Origin: Octopus bimaculoides
Lineage: Eukaryota
Reading direction: 5' to 3'
Assembly: GCF_001194135.2 (NCBI RefSeq)
Contig: NC_068982.1
Coordinates: forward strand, 110,643,468 to 110,707,467
Length of the DNA: 64,000 nt
A model generated the notes under the pieces. It saw only the letters and a program-made list of their open reading frames with translations. It had not been told where the DNA came from and ran no database searches. The position numbers and the translations under genes were made by a program. Of this stretch, positions 51,555 to 64,000 are shown one piece after another (position 1 is the stretch's first letter; every line of letters starts with the position of its first letter).

Positions 51555-51772
51555 TCCTTTCTACTAAAGGCACAAGGCCTGAAATTTGGAGGGAGGGGAC
51601 TAGTCGATTGCATCGACCCCAGTGTTTCATTGGTACCTAATTTATCGACCTTGAAAGGATGAAAAGCTAAGTTGACCTCAGCGGAATTTGAACTCAGAAC
51701 GTAATAACGGACGAAATGCCGCTAAGCATTTGTTCGGCGTGATAACGATTCTGCCAGCTCGCCGCCTCAATA
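51555..51772 (-). mobile_element. SINE family 1 copy
   Basis: Reverse complement: gaggcggcgagctggcagaatcgttatc..ctgagttcaaattccgctgaggtcaac..ctttcatcctttcaaggtcgataaattaggtacc. Confidence 0.85.
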
Positions 51773-51878
<106 letters not shown>

Positions 51879-51911
51879 TAATAATAATAATAATGGGGGA
51901 GTAAAAAAGAA

Positions 51912-52465
51912 ATGATTGAAAAGCAGTGAAAAGTGAAAATGCAGGGAACCATAAAAGTGAGCGAAGCTGTAGATCCAGCACGATTTCAGAAAGATCAGAG
52001 AGAGCATATGAAGAAAATTTGGCAGGACAAGAAAATGCACAGTCAGTTCTTGAAGAATAAAGATGATATTGATTGGAATGGAACCTGGCATGGCTGCAGA
52101 AGGGAGACTTAAAAGGGCCCACTGAGGTATTGGTGTGCAGCGCTCAAGAACAGGCTTTCAGAACAAACTACTCCAAATATCACATAGATAAAAGCACTGA
52201 CTCGTCACAATGTAGGATGTGTCCTGAGATGGGAGGAAGTATAAACCATATCGTTAATGAGTGCTGTAAGCTCGCAGAACGCGAATACAAAAGGAGACAC
52301 GACAATGTGGCCAGATATGTCCACTGGCTGTTGTGCGGTAAAGCAAACCTTGAGAGAGCCAAACAATGGTATAAACACAAGCCAGAGGGAGTAATGGAAA
52401 ACGAACATTACAAAATACTCTGGGATTTTAACATACAGTGCGACAAAGTCATAGAGGCGAGACGG
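51912..52465 (+). mobile_element. R4/Dong-clade fragment (zinc knuckle up to just before the REL PD motif)
   Basis: KIWQDKKMHSQF, WLQKGDLKGPTEVLVCSAQEQA..CRMC..SINHIVNEC..RRHDNVA..KILWDFNIQCDKVIEARR. It starts just downstream of the (GAT)n/(AAT)n run at 51772-51893. Confidence 0.88.
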
Positions 52466-53620
52466 TGTGGTTGGCCCAGAGGGATCTTTTGAAATTGAAT
52501 CGGTCGACCAGCGCATTGCAGTCGTGCACGAACAAGTCTAGGCTACTGAACTGGCCTGAGGCGGCGTCCAGTTGGAAGGGCGGCGCCCCAGCTCCGAGAA
52601 GCAATCCCGATTGTCATGACGCTGTGTAGATGTGTGGAATAATGCGCGTAGTTTGATGCAGTGCAGGAACTGGCTGACGTCAGAGTGGGTCCTAAATTCG
52701 TAGCGGTGGGGCGTGAGAGGTGTGAAGCGGAGACCCTTGCTGAGGAGTGAGCGTTCGGCAGCGAACAGGGGAAGGTTGAGTGGTATAGTGACNNNNNNNN
52801 NNNNNNNNNNNNNNNNNNNNNNNNNNNNNNNNNNNNNNNNNNNNNNNNNNNNNNNNNNNNNNNNNNNNNNNNNNNNNNNNNNNNNNNNNNNNNNNNNNNN
52901 NNNNNNNNNNNNNNNNNNNNNNNNNNNNNNNNNNNNNNNNNNNNNNNNNNNNNNNNNNNNNNNNNNNNNNNNNNNNNNNNNNNNNNNNNNNNGATGTAGG
53001 AAGGGGACAGGTGGTGAAGGGTAGAGGAGGTGGTGGAGTTTTTGTTTTTTGTGTGTGAGGAAATTATGGAATTGGTGGTTGAGATCAAGAAGGAAGCGGA
53101 GAATGGGTTGGATGAAGGGTGGAGGGCAGAGGGAGGAAAGGAGGAGGTAAGCTTGGGGGAGTTGGTGGTCGAGGGAACGAAGGAAGGAGCAGGTGGAACG
53201 GATGGTAGCACGGATGAAGAGGCGGGAAGTGCGGGTGAGTTGGGCTCGATGGACGGAGAGGAATAGGGGGTAGTGTGGAACTTCAAGCGGAAGCCACGGG
53301 GGTGTGACGTGATGACGGAGACAACGGCTAAGGAAAGAGAGATGGCTAGAGTGGCGAGTTTTTTAAAAAGCAAGTGAGAGAGCTTTTTAGCCTCTCATTT
53401 TCTCTGTCAAACTATACATTCTTGACTTCTCACACCTCTACAAAGCATACCAACAATCTTATACATTGATGATGCACGCTCAAAGCTACGCAGTATATGA
53501 CAGGCAGTAGACAGAAACAAAAAAAACTGGTGAGATGGATCTGTGGGTGCCGCTGCATCGTTGGGCACACTAGATGGATTCCATAGGAGTGCTGGTTCGG
53601 CGCTGCACTGAAGCTATACA
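52460..53620 (-). mobile_element. GC-rich Penelope-like element, 5' part (N-terminal, pre-RT region; interrupted by a gap)
   Basis: Minus strand SHPRGFRLKFH and VTIPLNLPLFAAERSLLSKGLRFTPL..SDVSQFLHCIKLRALF..RPSNWTPP..LDLFVHDC match the PLE pre-RT signature (LSxAERSxLSKGLxFxP..D..F.R.LRLxAxF..S.WTPP). The extension to 53620 as 5' UTR is tentative. Confidence 0.78.
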
Positions 53621-54002
53621 ATAATAACAATAATAGCAACAAGAACAACCACAGTAGCAGCAGTAGCAGCAGTAGCAGCAATAGTAGCAAAATATTTTGG
53701 GAAACTGTTATTAAGATAGGTAGTAGAAAAATCTGTAGCGGGATATTGGTTCTGTATTAGCTACTTTAAGGTTGAGTGTTACATAGTAGAAGACTGCTTG
53801 TTGAACTGCTAACTCTTTGAGTAAAAAGGAAGTTCATAACTAGTGTATTGGAGGAAGAGTTATCGATATTGTGTAGAGTACGTCTTGGATACGAAACAAG
53901 ATGAATGTAATTGTAAGAGTAAAGAAGAAAGCTTGTCGATATTTATGAGTGGATTTATAAATGTAATCAAAAAAAAAAAATGTTCATAAATAGTGAATAC
54001 AT

Positions 54003-54206
54003 ATGATTGAAAAGCAGTGAAAAGTGAAAATGCAGGGAACCATAAAAGTGAGCGAAGCTGTAGATCCAGCACGATTTCAGAAAGATCAGAGAGAGCATAT
54101 GAAGAAAATTTAGCAGGACAAGAAAATGCACAGTCAGTTCTTGAAGAATAAAGATGATATTGATTGGAATGGAACCTGGCATGGCTGCAGAAGGGAGACT
54201 TAAAAG
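54003..54206 (+). repeat. 204-bp copy of 51912-52115 (203/204 identical)
   Basis: Direct alignment; the single difference is TGG to TAG in the R4 reading frame. Confidence 0.93.
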
Positions 54207-55789
54207 CAAATAGCAAAAATGTAGGAATTATTTATTTTAGCTTTTCCAAATAGGTCTCATGGTAAATTAAATGATAAAATGAAGCTAACTCTAAAAATAT
54301 TAGCCTTCCCTCAAGCAAATGAATATGTAGAAGAAAGTATTTGAGGGTATTGCAAGCTAGCTACAGAAACGACGAATGTAGAAAAATTATTATTAGCTAG
54401 ACTGAGACACACTTTAGGAGGCCATTTGCGCCATTGAGAATTGAACGTTTGGATCAAGGACATACTGTATCATAAATAACCAATTACAAAACTCTATTTT
54501 ATGATGTGTCCTGATATTCAAATGAGTCGGTCAATTTTGGTTTGTCATAAATACAGTGTTTCCTCTGTTCTTGTAGTTTTATATGTACATAAAAAAAAAC
54601 ACTATTCGGAAGATATTTGTAACTTTCAACAACTTTTATCGCTTTCACTTTCGCCCTTTTTATCTTTCATTAGAAATTATTTGACTATCTCATCCATCCA
54701 TCCATCCATCCATCTATTATGTCTGTTCGATAAGTGCTGATCTGGGGCGACATAATATATTCCTCTATATATCTTTCATACAATGTATATTTTAGTATAT
54801 GAGCTAGATTTAAGCATCATATACATAGAACTGAAAAATGAAATTCATGCTACTCAGTCTCGAATACTAATGTAAAATGCATTGAGGCTTATAAATGATT
54901 GTCATAAGTAAGCTATTGGATAGACTCAGAGGCATGTTCATCAATATGATTTAGGAAAAACTTCCCTTACTGTTAGACGGATAAAATTTTATAATTTCAT
55001 TACTAACTACTGTTTTAACATGATCACACACGCATATATTCGCATGCACGCACACACACAGAGGCGCGCGCGCATATATAGAACGTTTATGAATATAGCG
55101 GAATCTATTGATCACTTTGAGACGGAGCATTTTAGACAACAGTAACCAACTGAAGACATTGAGCACTGAAAACGAGCGTTTTGGGGACCCACTAATTTTG
55201 ACTTTAATAGCTGCTTTAGAACATCTGCGATTATATATAGAAAAAAACTGCCATGTATTTAGTATGTCCAGATGAAAGCACTAGTAGTGTTTCTTTCGGG
55301 CTTCAGAATTGTCAGTGTGCAAATGAAATGCTTGAATGGAAGATTTAAATATATGTGTGTAAGAAATTGGCCCTTTAATGTAATCAGTATCCTGTGGAAT
55401 ACCTGATTGTTAGAAAAGAAGAGGATGAGTGAAAAAATAGATTTGTTGTGCAATATATAGATTCATAGAATTTTGTGGCAATTACAGAAGGCTCCTCTAG
55501 TGGACCCGGCTACCATACAATATAGAGTATAATGTAGAATTCTATATAGATATATATATATATATATACTTAGAGAGAGAGAGAGAGAAAGAGAGAGGGA
55601 GTAAATGTATACATATGTGGATTGTGCACACACATACACATATGTAACAACAGAAGGAAGCAAAACTTTTTCCGTAATAATTTTTCCAGTCATAAGAAAT
55701 AATCAAAAGGTGGCAATCTTTTCATATGCAGAGATTCCTTTTTAAAAATGGGCAAAAATTCATTAATTCATATTAAAACTCAAGTACAT

Positions 55790-57180
55790 TAAAACGCTTG
55801 CACGCAATGTTGATGGAAGAACAGAAAATAGAGCGTCAAACCAAAGAGAAGTGGTATAAATCTGCAAAAACAAGTCAACATACGGAGGAAGACCGGATAA
55901 CAATACTACTAGATATATCGAGGACTAGAAACACTCCAGTCAAAACACTCACAAAAAACCTTACTTCTTCCAGGAAGCAGGACTTCCAAACAAACGAAAA
56001 GAAAACACTAATGATACAATGATTTAAAGAAATACCGAACCAACTGATCCAGAAGTAAGATATTTATCACAATGAAATTTCGTGAAAAATAAAATAGAAG
56101 TTTTGGAACATGAAGTTAAATTCTCACCAACTCCACAACCTGACATAACAGATCTTATAAAAGATACCAAGGAACTTTGTAGAAAACGTCATTCACGGGA
56201 GTTCTTCTAAAAGAATTACGAAGAGCCAACACTTGTAAAGATTACCAAACCGCCAATTTAAACTGTCGCTCAATTGTTGCATGACTAACATCAAGCACCC
56301 AACTATTAAGTAATTTACTGGACTTAATAATTTTGAATCCATTAAGAATATCGGTTCCTAATTTCATAAGAGATTATATAGATGTCCTACATCATGTTCC
56401 CAAAAGAGTAATTAATAATTACAGAGACGATCCGGATTACTTTTGATGACACACAAATATTTCCTATGGAATAGGATTGGAAGCAGTAGAATTCTGAATA
56501 GACAAATACACAAAAGTCAAGAGAGATTCTCATAAGAATTTGTAATAGAACGATTGTGATTTATACCACTTTTACGAAAACAAATATTACCTTCACACGG
56601 AAGGGACGGCAGTGGGAATGAAAATTACACCCACGTTTGCAATACTAGGATACTTTTAGGAAAATATCTATGCTCGATTTAGGACTGCATTTGATCGACA
56701 TTTCCAATCATATTTAAAAGAAAGGTGGAATAGATCTCAATCTCGGTCTTGTTGAGAAACCCTCACATTGAGGGTAAAGTCGAAAACAAAAGCAAATATT
56801 GCCGTAGTAGTCATCCATAATCCTAGAAATCATAACATCGTACATTCAGTCAAGCGATGCCTTCCAATTATACCCCAATCATCAAATCTCAGAAGAAGAA
56901 TAAAAGAATCTCAAATTATCAACAGCTGAAGATAACCACCAAACCTTAAAAGGCTCTTGATAAAGGTAAAATTCACATCAGAGAAAAAAATAATGAAAAA
57001 AAAAAGTGTGGAGATCTTTAGTGGGACATGTGAGTTAATTGAACTGAGCAAAACCTCAAATTTCAAGAATGAGAAGGAACTGAAGGTTAACGCAAATAGG
57101 AATTGCAACACAAATGAAATAACATCATTTGTTGCATCTCATGCCAACAATGCAATAAGAATTATATCAACCAAACACAC
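55790..57180 (+). mobile_element. Degenerate, internally deleted Penelope-like element (N-terminus, RT, GIY-YIG)
   Basis: In order: KFSPTP..DTKELCRK; GLEAVEF; EGTAVGMKITPTFAILG (PLE GTAMG motif); R*PPNLKRLLIKVKF; KCGD..GTCELI; NIICCISCQQCNKNYINQT (decayed GIY-YIG). Confidence 0.8.
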
Positions 57181-57330
57181 ACATGCACACTTACACGCGT
57201 AGACATATACATATATGCATTTATATATAAAATATGAAATACAATGTGTATACATATATTTGCATTAGAATATAGATATTTCATTCTACTTATATAATGA
57301 GAACGCATCATATTAAATATCCACTGGAAT

Positions 57331-57833
57331 GACTACGTTCCCAACATAAGAATATTCAGGAAAGTTAAGACCATGAGTGTCGAGGGCATTCTTATGAAGA
57401 CACAGCTGCACTGGGTGGGGCATGTTTCCAGAATGGCAGACCATCCCCTGCCAAAGATCTTACACTACGGAGAATTATCTTCCGGCTGTCGAAACAGTGG
57501 CGCACCCAAGAAGCAGTATAAAGATATGCTAAAAAAAGACCCTGAAAGTTTATAACATCGATCTCCACCAGTCCACCACTCAGGCTGCTGACTTCAATGC
57601 TTGGCGCTGCACCATCTAGCAAGCTACCAGCGCATTTGAGGCAAATCATCCGGGAGTAGAGGAGAGCCAGGCGGAATGGTTGTGTCAAGGTGGAGCCAAG
57701 CACAACACATACAGTTCCGCTGTGGACTGATTTGCTGATCGCGGATCGATCACATCAGTCACCAGCATGCATGCACGCGGGGTGAATGAAGGGGACCCGA
57801 CCTTTAGCTATCTTCGTATCGAAGTCATTGCCA
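57331..57833 (+). mobile_element. RTE/BovB-like LINE 3' fragment
   Basis: SVEGILMKTQLHWVGHVSRMADHPLPKILHYGELSSGCRNSGAPKKQYKDMLK matches the RTE C-terminal QLRWxGHVxRM..LPK..YGEL..G.R..G.PKK.YKD motif. It ends at a (TA)n run. Confidence 0.85.
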
Positions 57834-58307
57834 TATATATATANNNNNNNNNNNNNNNNNNNNNNNNNNNNNNNNNNNNNNNNNNNNNNNNNNNNNNNNN
57901 NNNNNNNNNNNNNNNNNNNNNNNNNNNNNNNNNNNNNNNNNNNNNNNNNNNNNNNNNNNNNNNNNNNNNNNNNNNNNNNNNNNNNNNNNNNNNNNNNNNN
58001 NNNNNNNNNNNNNNNNNNNNNNNNNNNNNNNNNNNNNNNNNNNNNNNNNNNNNNNNNNNNNNNNNNNNNNNNNNNNNNNNNNNNNNNNNNNNNNNNNNNN
58101 NNNNNNNNNNNNNNNNNNNNNNNNNNNNNNNNNNNNNNNNNNNNNNNNNNNNNNNNNNNNNNNNNNNNNNNNNNNNNNNNNNNNNNNNNNNNNNNNNNNN
58201 NNNNNNNNNNNNNNNNNNNNNNNNNNNNNNNNNNNNNNNNNNNNNNNNNNNNNNNNNNNNNNNNNNNNNNNNNNNNNNNNNNNNNNNNNNNNNNNNNNNN
58301 NNNNNNN

Positions 58308-58362
<55 letters not shown>

Positions 58363-58765
58363 TATATATAGGTATGTGTGTCTATGATTATGCGTGTACA
58401 CACGAAGTGTTAACTATGTTATATAATAAACACTATGTACTAAAGTCTAGTGGACTGCAATGAAGTGTTAACAGTGTTGATTCAATGCTCTGATTCAATG
58501 TTAACTGTTATGGTGACAATGCTGATGTCATGGTGACATAGTTAAACATTGTAAAGGTATTGTTGACAAACCCAAACTCAAAGATGATTGTCATGGCAAC
58601 AATCTTGATATCTTGCTGGCGGCAAAGTTGACTAGGCGATTATAATGCCTACTGAGGTAATAGATATAACAGTAACCATAAATAGTGTCGTTTTGAATTA
58701 AAAGCTAACCGAAGTCTTCTACACTTACGAACTATCTTTTTACCAGAATCAGTGCTGGGTGCAAG

Positions 58766-58890
58766 TCGCGGTTTATTAACAAATAAAGTAATTTTTTTAC
58801 GGATTGCAAAAATTTGCAAGAATTTGAAAATATGTTGAAGTCGAGGTTTATTAACAAATAAAGTACTTTTTGCTTACGGATTGCAAAAAT
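58766..58890 (+). repeat. Local tandem duplication (about 55-bp unit, about 75-bp period)
   Basis: gtcg(c/a)ggtttattaacaaataaagta..ttacggattgcaaaaat occurs twice. Confidence 0.8.
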
Positions 58891-59065
58891 ATAAAAAAAA
58901 TATAGCAAATATGTAATCTTTAAAATATATCAGTCCCATAACAGCTTTTACATAAAATCATTCTCAGTTATTTATGATGATGATGATGAAAACGATGATA
59001 AAGTTCATCGTCAGCATTAACTTGATCATCGTTGTCGTTTTCGAAGCGATGGTAATAGTGGTATT

Positions 59066-59080
59066 CATCATCATCATCAT

Positions 59081-59152
<72 letters not shown>

Positions 59153-59167
59153 TGTCATCATCATCAT
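59066..59167. repeat. (ATC)n microsatellite; (GAT)n/(AAT)n at 51772-51893; (TCAC)n at about 35333-35378
   Basis: Direct reading. Confidence 0.95.
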
Positions 59168-59739
59168 TAAGGACTAGGTTGTTTATACAGTCAATTAACC
59201 CAATTGACCCAAGCATATCACCACCAGTCACACACACTATCAATGCATGATGCCAACCGTTTTAAACTGCACATTAGTAGTATTGCATGTATATGTATGC
59301 ATGTATGTATGCATGTATGTATGTGCAAGTGTGCGCTTCTGTGTATGCGTGTGCATATATGAATGTCTATGTGTATGTGATAATATGCATGCGTATATAA
59401 GTGAATGAGCACGTGTTTGTTGTCGCACGCGCGTGTGTGTCACAGCCTTATAGCTCATGCAAATGTCAACATTTAATATATGGATGTGTCGTGAAGAGAG
59501 ATGAATTCTCATGTTTTGTGCAGCGTCTTCAGAAGTTATTAGATTCCATAAACACATCATAACATCCTCATCACCGCCGCTACCATCGTCGTCCTTGTAG
59601 TTGTTGTTGTTAAGCCAAAGTTCAGATGTGATCGCGTAGCTCAATGATCAATGATGGTCGGTGATGTGCGGTCTGAGTCCAAATCCCGGTTAATTTCTGA
59701 GTTTGTTAAAATATTGATTCTTAAAACACAACCACAAAA

Positions 59740-59890
59740 CCAGAAATTAGAGGGAGAGTGAGAGGATCAGTCGATTATATGGAGTCCACTATATGATTAT
59801 TACTTTTTTTTAATTGACCTAATTGACCTCCGAAATAGTTAAAATTTGACCTCGGTGGGATTTGAACTCAGGTAAAAGTACTGAAACGAG
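59740..59890 (-). mobile_element. SINE family 1 copy (diverged, partial)
   Basis: Reverse complement contains ctgagttcaaatcccaccgaggtcaaatttt and the downstream core remnant. Confidence 0.6.
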
Positions 59891-60599
59891 GAAAAGTTAT
59901 TTTGTCTATCTCCCGATTCTACAATTCCTCTACAACAACAATAACAACAATAAACAACTACAGCTATCACTACTGCTACTAGAGCTGCTCTGCTGTTGCT
60001 GCAGCTGGTTTCCTTGTTGAGCAAAATAACAAATACTGAAATATAATGCACTTGACAGAAAAACGATAATAAAACAAGTAGAGATATTCACATACAATAA
60101 ACAGCGCAGGAAAAGGGAGTAATACACCATAAAAGTAAAAACAATTACTATATATATATATATNNNNNNNNNNNNNNNNNNNNNNNNNNNNNNNNNNNNN
60201 NNNNNNNNNNNNNNNNNNNNNNNNNNNNNNNNNNNNNNNNNNNNNNNNNNNNNNNNNNNNNNNNNNNNNNNNNNNNNNNNNNNNNNNNNNNNNNNNNNNN
60301 NNNNNNNNNNNNNNNNNNNNNNNNNNNNNNNNNNNNNNNNNNNNNNNNNNNNNNNNNNNNNNNNNNNNNNNNNNNNNNNNNNNNNNNNNNNNNNNNNNNN
60401 NNNNNNNNNNNNNNNNNNNNNNNNNNNNNNNNNNNNNNNNNNNNNNNNNNNNNNNNNNNNNNNNNNNNNNNNNNNNNNNNNNNNNNNNNNNNNNNNNNNN
60501 NNNNNNNNNNNNNNNNNNNNNNNNNNNNNNNNNNNNNNNNNNNNNNNNNNNNNNNNNNNNNNNNNNNNNNNNNNNNNNNNNNNNNNNNNNNNNNNNNNN

Positions 60600-60639
<40 letters not shown>

Positions 60640-61016
60640 AGTAGGAATCACTATCTATAATGAAATTGATGACAGCTTGGTCCGAGAGAAATTCTTGGTC
60701 CGAAATTCTGCCCTTAACTTTTTCAAATGTATCAAGTACACAAATTCTTAGGTCATAGCTGCGAAACAGAAGAACACTGACTGCACTTTTTTGCCAAATG
60801 AAAGCGATGAGAAAAATCTTTATAAGGAACTCAAGTGATAGTCGGATCCGCCCCGCACACAATAACAAATGTTCTGCAAACATTGCTCCACATATCAACA
60901 ATATCTGGATAAGGAACGATCGCTCTCCATGTTTCTTTGACAGACACAATTTACAGAATTTCTAAACCGGTAATCGTAACAATAAAAACGAGTGGTATGA
61001 AGGAAATTTAACGTAC

Positions 61017-61219
61017 CTCTTGCTTTTGCTGCTTCGTAATCACCTTTACAAACTAACTTCCGGTCTTCCATAAGGTAAAATTCATCCCCAGTATTAAGTT
61101 GTCGATTGCACATGAGGCAAGCGAAGCATTCCAAGTGATATACATAATCTTGTGCCCTGCGCACAACTTGCGTAGGTGGAATTCCTTTATCACACCCAGC
61201 ACATTTTGTACCATATCGT
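61017..61219 (-). CDS. Lhx3: Lhx3/4 (Lim3) LIM-homeobox gene, exon encoding the second LIM domain (203 bp, phase 2 in, phase 1 out)
   Basis: Translates as [67 protein letters not shown], a C2HC/C4-type LIM domain closely matching Lhx3/4 LIM2. Acceptor ttttatttccag|A at 61219; donor G|GTACGT starting at 61016. Confidence 0.96.
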
Positions 61220-61699
61220 CTGGAAATAAAAACATACACATTACATAATAATATTGTGTTTCTGCAATTATGAAAATGTTATTCAAATCCTATTTATATA
61301 GTTATATTTTTCTTTGAATTTATATACATTTCTGCGACCTTATGTTTGCATTAAAGTATAGTGGATTCGTTTCGTTATATAAATAAATTGTTGAACCCAT
61401 TGTGGTAGATGTTATCTGTATATTTGATAATCATATAAGTCATTATTCGTAGATTTAATATTGGCATAAACTGTAATTCATAGATTTTTATTTTGACGAA
61501 GGAAAGATCTAAACATATATCATTAATGTGTGCTTTCAACTGTTCGCAGAGCGTTTCTTGTTTAAAGTTTCATGTCCTTGATGTTTGTCCAACATTTACG
61601 CCCTAGTTATGGAGAGACTCACTGTACGCAGAGAAGTAGTTTTAGTGAACTGGCACTTCATGTAGAACGAAAGACTGATACTTAATAATACAAATTAAT

Positions 61700-61925
61700 G
61701 TAAAAAATAACAACGGTTTCAAATTTTGGCCTAAGACCAGTAATTTTAAGGGATGAGATTTGTCGATTACATCGGCTCCAGTACTCAACTTGCACGTATT
61801 TTATCGACTTCGAAAGGATGCATGGTAAAGTCGACCTCGGTGGAATCTGACTCAGGACGTAAAACTGGGAGAAATGCAGCAAAGTATGTCGTCCGACGTG
61901 CTAACGATTCTGCCAGTTCGCCATA
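61700..61925 (-). mobile_element. SINE family 1 copy
   Basis: Reverse complement: ggcgaactggcagaatcgttagcacgtcgg..gagtcagattccaccgaggtcgacttt..gaagtcgataaaatacg. Further decayed copies at about 715-860(-), 1780-1930(+), 3960-4140(-) and 21950-22090(+). Confidence 0.8.
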
Positions 61926-63780
61926 AGAAAAATAATATCGAAGTATTTTAAATGATCAACATTCAATACAATTATTTATCTCGTTTAAATTGTAATTCCT
62001 ACACCTACCGAAAGGTCGTTCAAACAAAACTATATAATGGCAGTTTCCAATCTGTGAGTCATAATGCAATCGCGTGGTTGATCATGTAAGGATCACGATG
62101 AAATTTTTCTTTTTTACTTTGACAAAATGTAAAATTTTCATGAATATGTTGTAACGCAATAATCTATGGGCATAAAGGATACAACACAATATTTAATTGC
62201 AGACAAAAATTGAGAACTAGTTCCTCAACAAAATATCAAATGCTAAGTGCGTCTCATTAAAGACAAAAACACGGTAACAGAGAATTATTAATTCGTTAAA
62301 ATAGGTTGTAATGTTAAAAGGAGTTGGTTCTATATAACAATTGTAAGTGTAGATTAGAATATTGAAGCTTTTAAAAATATATTAAAATGAGAAATCTGTG
62401 CCCAATGCCGTTTTGGGAGGTTTTTAACTAGTAATTATTTCAATTTCCTAGTTTATTGTGCCTGAAGAATGAGTTTGATGTTGCTAGGAAATACAAGGGT
62501 TTTTAATCGAACATATAGCAACCCTAATACTTCTGTCAGGTACTTATCTTATTAATCTCAATTCAACGAATAGTTAGGTTATGCTTTTTGATACAATTCC
62601 AGCTTTACATTCGTAAATATAAACACACCAATATCCACACACACATGCATTCACACATACACAACAGGCTTCTGCACACTTTTCGTCTAATAAATCCCAC
62701 ACTCACAAGATATTTGCCAAATCTATGGCACTGGAACAGAACCTAGAAGAAAGTGGTTGTGAAGCGAACTTCTTAACCACAGTTATACCTGTGAATCTTA
62801 GTTAATATTTAACTATCAATCTCAGAAGGAATGGAACATAGGAAGGATGTTTGGGAATTAGTGTTATTCAGTATGGAGTCCTTTTGATGAAATGAATTAA
62901 AATTCTAGATATTTTGGATAGTTGGTTTATGCTTTGTTCAGTGACATAAAGAATGATGATAATTTGAAAAACAGAAAATTATTTGAAGATTTTAGTTATT
63001 GTTTGGATGTTTAACTAATGAGGCGAAGGTGAATGAGTTTGAATCACCAAAATCAATATAAATTGTACATAGTTTATCGCATTACAATAACTGAAGTTTA
63101 AACAATTTCATCAATCATTTATTAAGGAATAAGGGAAATTTCTGCATGGTACTAAGCTATTAGTACTATGCAGGTGACCGTTATAGAATATATTACCACC
63201 TACGGCTATGTGTTCCTTATATATTTTCTGTTGAATGTTTTCTAAGACCACTCTTGAAGTATATTAATATAACGAATCTGGTAATTGAACTTGGCTAGCG
63301 GTTAAAGATCAATTTCAAAGATATTTTCATTTTGCTTGAGATTTTCAGAGGAATACAGATCAAAAAAAGATTACAGAGTAGATTCTCAATATTTATATTT
63401 AGGGACATGAAAAAGATGGGAGATTGTGTTAAAAAAATCCAACAAAACAAACAAACAATCAAACAAAAAAAGGTAAAAATGATTGTACTTAAAAACATAG
63501 TTTTTCCTTCTAAATAGGAGTAATTTCAAATTTTGCCTCAGAGCAATCATCATCGTTTGAAACGATTCAATGTATTTACTAGCATTCATTTTATGAATAT
63601 GTAGGTATAAAAGGAAAAATCAACTTTGGCAGGATTAACAGAAAAATAAGAAACTATAAACTAGATACCAGAAAGTATCAAACTGACTTTTATCTGAAAA
63701 CATCAATATGAGGTTTCTAGTTTAAGAAGAAAAATTTGGATCGTATGATTAACTTGAAAATAACAGTAAAGAGATATAAA

Positions 63781-63822
<42 letters not shown>

Positions 63823-63823
<1 letters not shown>

Positions 63824-64000
63824 AATCTTTGAAAACATTATTAACCAATTCCAAACTACATACACCACTTCCACCCCCATCAGTTAAAAAATGTGCACGC
63901 CCTAATTGTGGCACCTGCCCCTACCTACTTGAAGGCTCTGAATTTACCTTCAAACGAGGAACAAAGTTTAAAATTAAAACCAATTTCTCTTGTTCCTCGG
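63823..64000 (+). mobile_element. Penelope-like element fragment (linker before GIY-YIG), running off the window
   Basis: Open frame KSLKTLLTNSKLHTPLPPPSVKKCARPNCGTCPYLLEGSEFTFKRGTKFKIKTNFSCSS, starting right after (TA)n. Confidence 0.78.

Noticed and set aside
52543-53373. 276-aa Ser/Pro-rich ORF as a secreted host protein
   Set aside because: It crosses a gap, changes register relative to the recognisable PLE frame, and contains PLE N-terminal motifs.
61220-64000. Search for the Lhx3 LIM1 exon or start exon
   Set aside because: No CxxC..H..C LIM1 pattern was found on the minus strand. The Cys-rich frame at 63823-64000 is on the plus strand and is Penelope-like.

Overview
AT-rich animal genomic DNA, dense in microsatellites, with 11 N-gaps. 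The repeat content (tRNA-derived SINEs, R4/Dong, Penelope, Tx1, RTE) suggests a coleoid cephalopod, probably Octopus; this is an inference. The only host gene I can support is a LIM-homeobox gene of the Lhx3/4 (Lim3) class on the minus strand. Three coding exons splice in frame through canonical GT-AG sites: LIM2 at 61219-61017, homeodomain at 37543-37220, and the C-terminal exon at 31955-31564. The LIM1 and start exons are not found and presumably lie beyond 64000. Everything else is repeat-derived or non-coding. The most interesting non-genic signals are: (1) two minimal type-I hammerhead ribozyme motifs on opposite strands in the 23.5-kb Lhx3 intron, one inside a 485-nt unit bounded by 61-bp direct repeats; (2) a 2.1-kb fold-back made of two outward-facing Helitron-type 3' ends (about 370 bp, about 94% identical) 1.8 kb from the homeodomain exon; (3) a 6-kb head-to-tail stack of R4/Dong retrotransposon fragments separated mostly by (TAA)n runs; (4) a 3' tail shared by a Tx1-clade LINE and a SINE subfamily; (5) a tRNA-like cloverleaf lacking its anticodon arm. 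All alignments and translations were done by eye and most repeat boundaries are approximate. No database searches were run, so novelty is unverified.
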